DNA of 64,000 nucleotides from an uncultured Chlamydiales bacterium (GTDB lineage Bacteria; Chlamydiota; Chlamydiia; Chlamydiales; FEN-1388): NCBI GenBank assembly GCA_963826935.1, contig CAWGYH010000002.1, positions 712,028 to 776,027 of the forward strand, read 5' to 3'. Shown piece by piece: positions 61,340 to 64,000 of this stretch (position 1 is its first letter; each line of letters starts with the position of its first letter). The notes under the pieces were generated by a model. It saw only the letters and a program-made list of their open reading frames with translations, ran no database searches and was not told where the DNA came from. The position numbers and the translations under genes were made by a program.

Positions 61340-63676
61340 CTATTTTGGCCACCAAACGAGGGCTACCTTTTCGATATCAATATCGCTTTTACGCGGACTT
61401 ATCGTGACGGTTTCCAGTGCGATGTTTTGAGGGTCTGGTCTGATGTTGGCAGTTTCAGCAGCCATCTGTTTTTGCAGCTCTTGGAGCTGTTCTTGTAAAT
61501 CGTTGTAGGACTCTTCTGCCCTTGCAACATCTTGCGACTCTTGGGTAAGCTTGCTTGCGCGTTTAAGCGATGAGCCCGTTTGTGATATTGTCCCTTTAGT
61601 TATGCCCCCTTTTCCCATAAATGCCCCCAAAACAGTGGCGCCAAAAGAGATCCAGGTTTGAGCCTTGCTGACAAGCGATTTTTGCTGCTTATTTTCGAGG
61701 GTGCCCTGCGCTTTTTTCATCTTTTCGTTAAGGACATTTATTTTATCTGCGTATTTATCTTGTACTTTCTTTGCCAGGTCATCTCGCTTTTGGTGCAGTA
61801 GAAGAGCCGCCCTTTCCCGAAATTCACCTTCTGTTTCTCGGCAATTGGATATGAGGGCAAGCTCCGTAGCTCTGTAGAGCTTTAGAGCCTGGCTCTGATA
61901 GAGCGATAAGGCAAGTGACTTTTCAAACGCTGCATAGTTTTTTTCTTGCAACAGCCCTGGAGGACACTCATCAAAGGAGCTATTTGGCTGCGGGCTAGTT
62001 TCAAGCCTCTCTTTTAAGTCGGGGATGGTTTTAGCGTCGCTCCAGTTGATGATTTTGCCATCATCTGTCGGGGCAACTGCAAAAGAGAGCGTGTCCCAGA
62101 TATCGATTTTATTTTTTGCATCCACATAATGGAGCTTTGCAATCCCTAGCACCTTAGGGCTGTATTGAAGGGGCTGTTTTGCATTGGCATCTTGTACAAA
62201 GTATTCAGTGATGCCGGGCCCGATGGTAGGTTTTGTACTTTTTGGAGCGGCGGGTTTTTCGGAAATTTTTGCAGGCTGCTTTACCGTCAGGGAGGCTATC
62301 TGGGCTAGTGTAAGCGGGCCCTTGAGGTAGGATAGCGTCCATCTTGTTTGGAAAAGGACAGGCTCTTTCAAATGGACATTGCGCATGATAAAGGTGCGAT
62401 TGCCTGTCATGGCAATCATTGCATTGAGGCTCGTGGCATCTAGGTCGCCGTTAGAGGCTATTTTTAGCCCTTCGATGACTCTCTGTTTGTCCCTATCGGT
62501 CTGCAGCTTGCCAATAAACCATGTTCCGCAGTTTGATAGCCCTTTGTAGTCTAAGTCTACGGGGTTTTGCGTAAGCAGCACTACTCCTACACCAAAGGCT
62601 CGAGCCTGTTTTAGCAGCGTAAGCATGGGGAGCTTTGATGGAGGCATGGCCGTTGGCGGAAAAAAACCAAAAATTTCATCCATGTATAAAATGGCGCGTG
62701 TACTTGAGGTGCCGGGCTGCTGCCTCATCCAGGAAATAAATTCGTTTAACAGCAGCGTCACGAAAAACATCCGCTCCGAGTCTGAGAGGTGCGCTATAGA
62801 TATTATAGAAAGTTTGGGTTTGCCCTCAGGAGTGTGGAGCAAGCTTTTTATATCGAGCGGATCGCCCTCGAGCCACGCTTGAAAACCAGGCGAGGCAAGC
62901 AAGTTGTTGAGGGTAATAGAGAGCTCCATACGCTCTTTTGCAGGATAGAAGGTGTCGATATCGAGGGCGCCAATCTTTGTAAAGGGAGGCTTTTGCACCT
63001 GCTGGATCAATGAGGCAATATCGAGATCTTTTCCCGCTTTCCATGATTCATCTATAATCGTCGCAATTAGAATCTGTTCTCGACTTTTGATTGGATCAGC
63101 GTTGATGCCAAGCAATCCTAATAAACTCGATGTGATCGACTGGATTTTATCCCGTATGCTGCCTGAGTCCTTTTGCTCTTCTTCTGAGGGCGCAGTAAAC
63201 GAATGGAGAATTGAAAGGGGCGTGCCCATGCTGCTTGCCGGAGTGTAGATTGTCATGGAGCATGCGTTTTTTAACGCGGCAATTCTCTCTTCGGGCTCAT
63301 CCCAAGCTCCGAGGCCCTCTTTCCATGTTTTGGCAAGATGCTCTGCATACTGCTCCACACTCATCTCTTTGCGTTCTGCTTCGCCAGAATCTACCCAGGG
63401 TTTAAATGAGTCGCCCGTTAAATTGGGAAAGGTCAAAAGCAGGTTGGTAAGATCGCCTTTTGGGTCGATGATAATAGCGGGAATTTTATTGAGTGCGGCC
63501 TCTTCAAGCAGGCTAATTCCCAAACCCGTTTTGCCGCTGCCTGTCATCCCTACACAAACGGCGTGCGTGGTAAGGTCTTTAGAATCATAAAATGTAAATT
63601 CATCTTTTGTTTTGCCGTTCTTTTGATCGACAGTTTTGCCTAAATAAAAGAAGCCTGGTTTTTGTGAAGAAGCCAT
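61340..63676 (-). CDS. HerA/FtsK-superfamily P-loop ATPase (DUF87-like) with a C-terminal coiled-coil region
   Basis: Walker A CVGMTGSGKTGLG, Walker B-like ILYMDEIFGFFP, and LLTQNPVDLD. The C-terminal ~200 aa are K/E/Q-rich coiled coil with a short hydrophobic segment, WISFGATVLGAFMG. Confidence 0.65.
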   Translation of the reverse strand: MASSQKPGFFYLGKTVDQKNGKTKDEFTFYDSKDLTTHAVCVGMTGSGKTGLGISLLEEAALNKIPAIIIDPKGDLTNLLLTFPNLTGDSFKPWVDSGEAERKEMSVEQYAEHLAKTWKEGLGAWDEPEERIAALKNACSMTIYTPASSMGTPLSILHSFTAPSEEEQKDSGSIRDKIQSITSSLLGLLGINADPIKSREQILIATIIDESWKAGKDLDIASLIQQVQKPPFTKIGALDIDTFYPAKERMELSITLNNLLASPGFQAWLEGDPLDIKSLLHTPEGKPKLSIISIAHLSDSERMFFVTLLLNEFISWMRQQPGTSSTRAILYMDEIFGFFPPTAMPPSKLPMLTLLKQARAFGVGVVLLTQNPVDLDYKGLSNCGTWFIGKLQTDRDKQRVIEGLKIASNGDLDATSLNAMIAMTGNRTFIMRNVHLKEPVLFQTRWTLSYLKGPLTLAQIASLTVKQPAKISEKPAAPKSTKPTIGPGITEYFVQDANAKQPLQYSPKVLGIAKLHYVDAKNKIDIWDTLSFAVAPTDDGKIINWSDAKTIPDLKERLETSPQPNSSFDECPPGLLQEKNYAAFEKSLALSLYQSQALKLYRATELALISNCRETEGEFRERAALLLHQKRDDLAKKVQDKYADKINVLNEKMKKAQGTLENKQQKSLVSKAQTWISFGATVLGAFMGKGGITKGTISQTGSSLKRASKLTQESQDVARAEESYNDLQEQLQELQKQMAAETANIRPDPQNIALETVTISPRKSDIDIEKVALVWWPK

Positions 63677-63759
63677 AAGATAACCTTGTAAAATTAAAAT
63701 TCACACCCTCATCTTCATATGCAGGAGTGACTCTATATTTTGCAAGGGGTTAGATAGGG

Positions 63760-64000
63760 CTAGCCCATATGAAGCAGATCCCACATTTTTTTGAATGGGG
63801 GGCAGGAGATAAAGAGCTCATCTTTTGTGCCCTCGGCAATTTTTTGGCCTTTGTCTAAGTAGATGATGTGGTCGGCATCTTCTATTGTTGAAAGGCGGTG
63901 GGCGATGATGATTTGGGTGGCTTTGCCCTTTACTTCTTGAAGCGCAAGCTTGATCTGCTCTTCTGAAACCGCATCTAGAGAACTTGTGGCCTCGTCCATG
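63760..64000 (-). CDS. ABC transporter ATP-binding domain (MsbA-like exporter C-terminus); 5' part lies outside the window
   Basis: Walker B/D-loop MDEATSSLDAVSE and H-loop IIIAHRLSTI. The ORF is open to the right edge of the window. Confidence 0.85.
   Translation of the reverse strand, partial: MDEATSSLDAVSEEQIKLALQEVKGKATQIIIAHRLSTIEDADHIIYLDKGQKIAEGTKDELFISCPPFKKMWDLLHMG

Overview
The window looks like chromosome from an environmental member of the Chlamydiae. The evidence is gene content read by eye: a UhpC-type sugar-phosphate transporter, the chlamydial thrS-parA-pGP6-D arrangement, large ankyrin-repeat proteins, LcrH/SycD-type type III secretion chaperones, an Inc-like protein and a MOMP-like porin. 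No species call is possible without a database search.

The window has three parts:
- 1-36.4 kb is mostly housekeeping core: polyprenyl synthase, RNA methyltransferase, uhpC, pepF, ung, tsaC/sua5, hemB, thrS and recC-recB-recD. Interspersed are two ankyrin-repeat effector candidates, a frameshifted porin gene and two large palindromic intergenic elements.
- 36.4-54.2 kb is an accessory region inserted at tRNA-Thr(CGT). The 43-nt 3' part of the tRNA recurs exactly at 44957 and in degenerate form at 54171, which defines tandem islands.
  - Island I (8.5 kb) has an intact tyrosine integrase, an excisionase-like HTH gene and a DUF3987/YfjI-like gene interrupted at an A8 tract. This resembles a P4/CP4-57-like backbone.
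  - The distal 9.2 kb is decayed, carrying pseudogenes and gene fragments.
  - Both parts carry a paralogous AlbA_2/Schlafen-like gene followed by an 11-bp-period repeat array.
  - Both parts also carry a 1.4-kb duplicated module encoding a T3SS class II chaperone plus a small protein with two adjacent hydrophobic segments.
- 54.2-64 kb returns to core genes. It includes a 2-kb insertion with a 620-aa orphan ORF flanked by an intact and a decayed copy of a phosphoribosyltransferase gene.

The best candidate for something new is the island-borne chaperone/Inc-like module together with the AlbA_2-plus-iteron cassettes and a shared GGGGGAAT motif. All homology calls come from motif recognition by eye. 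None was verified by a search.
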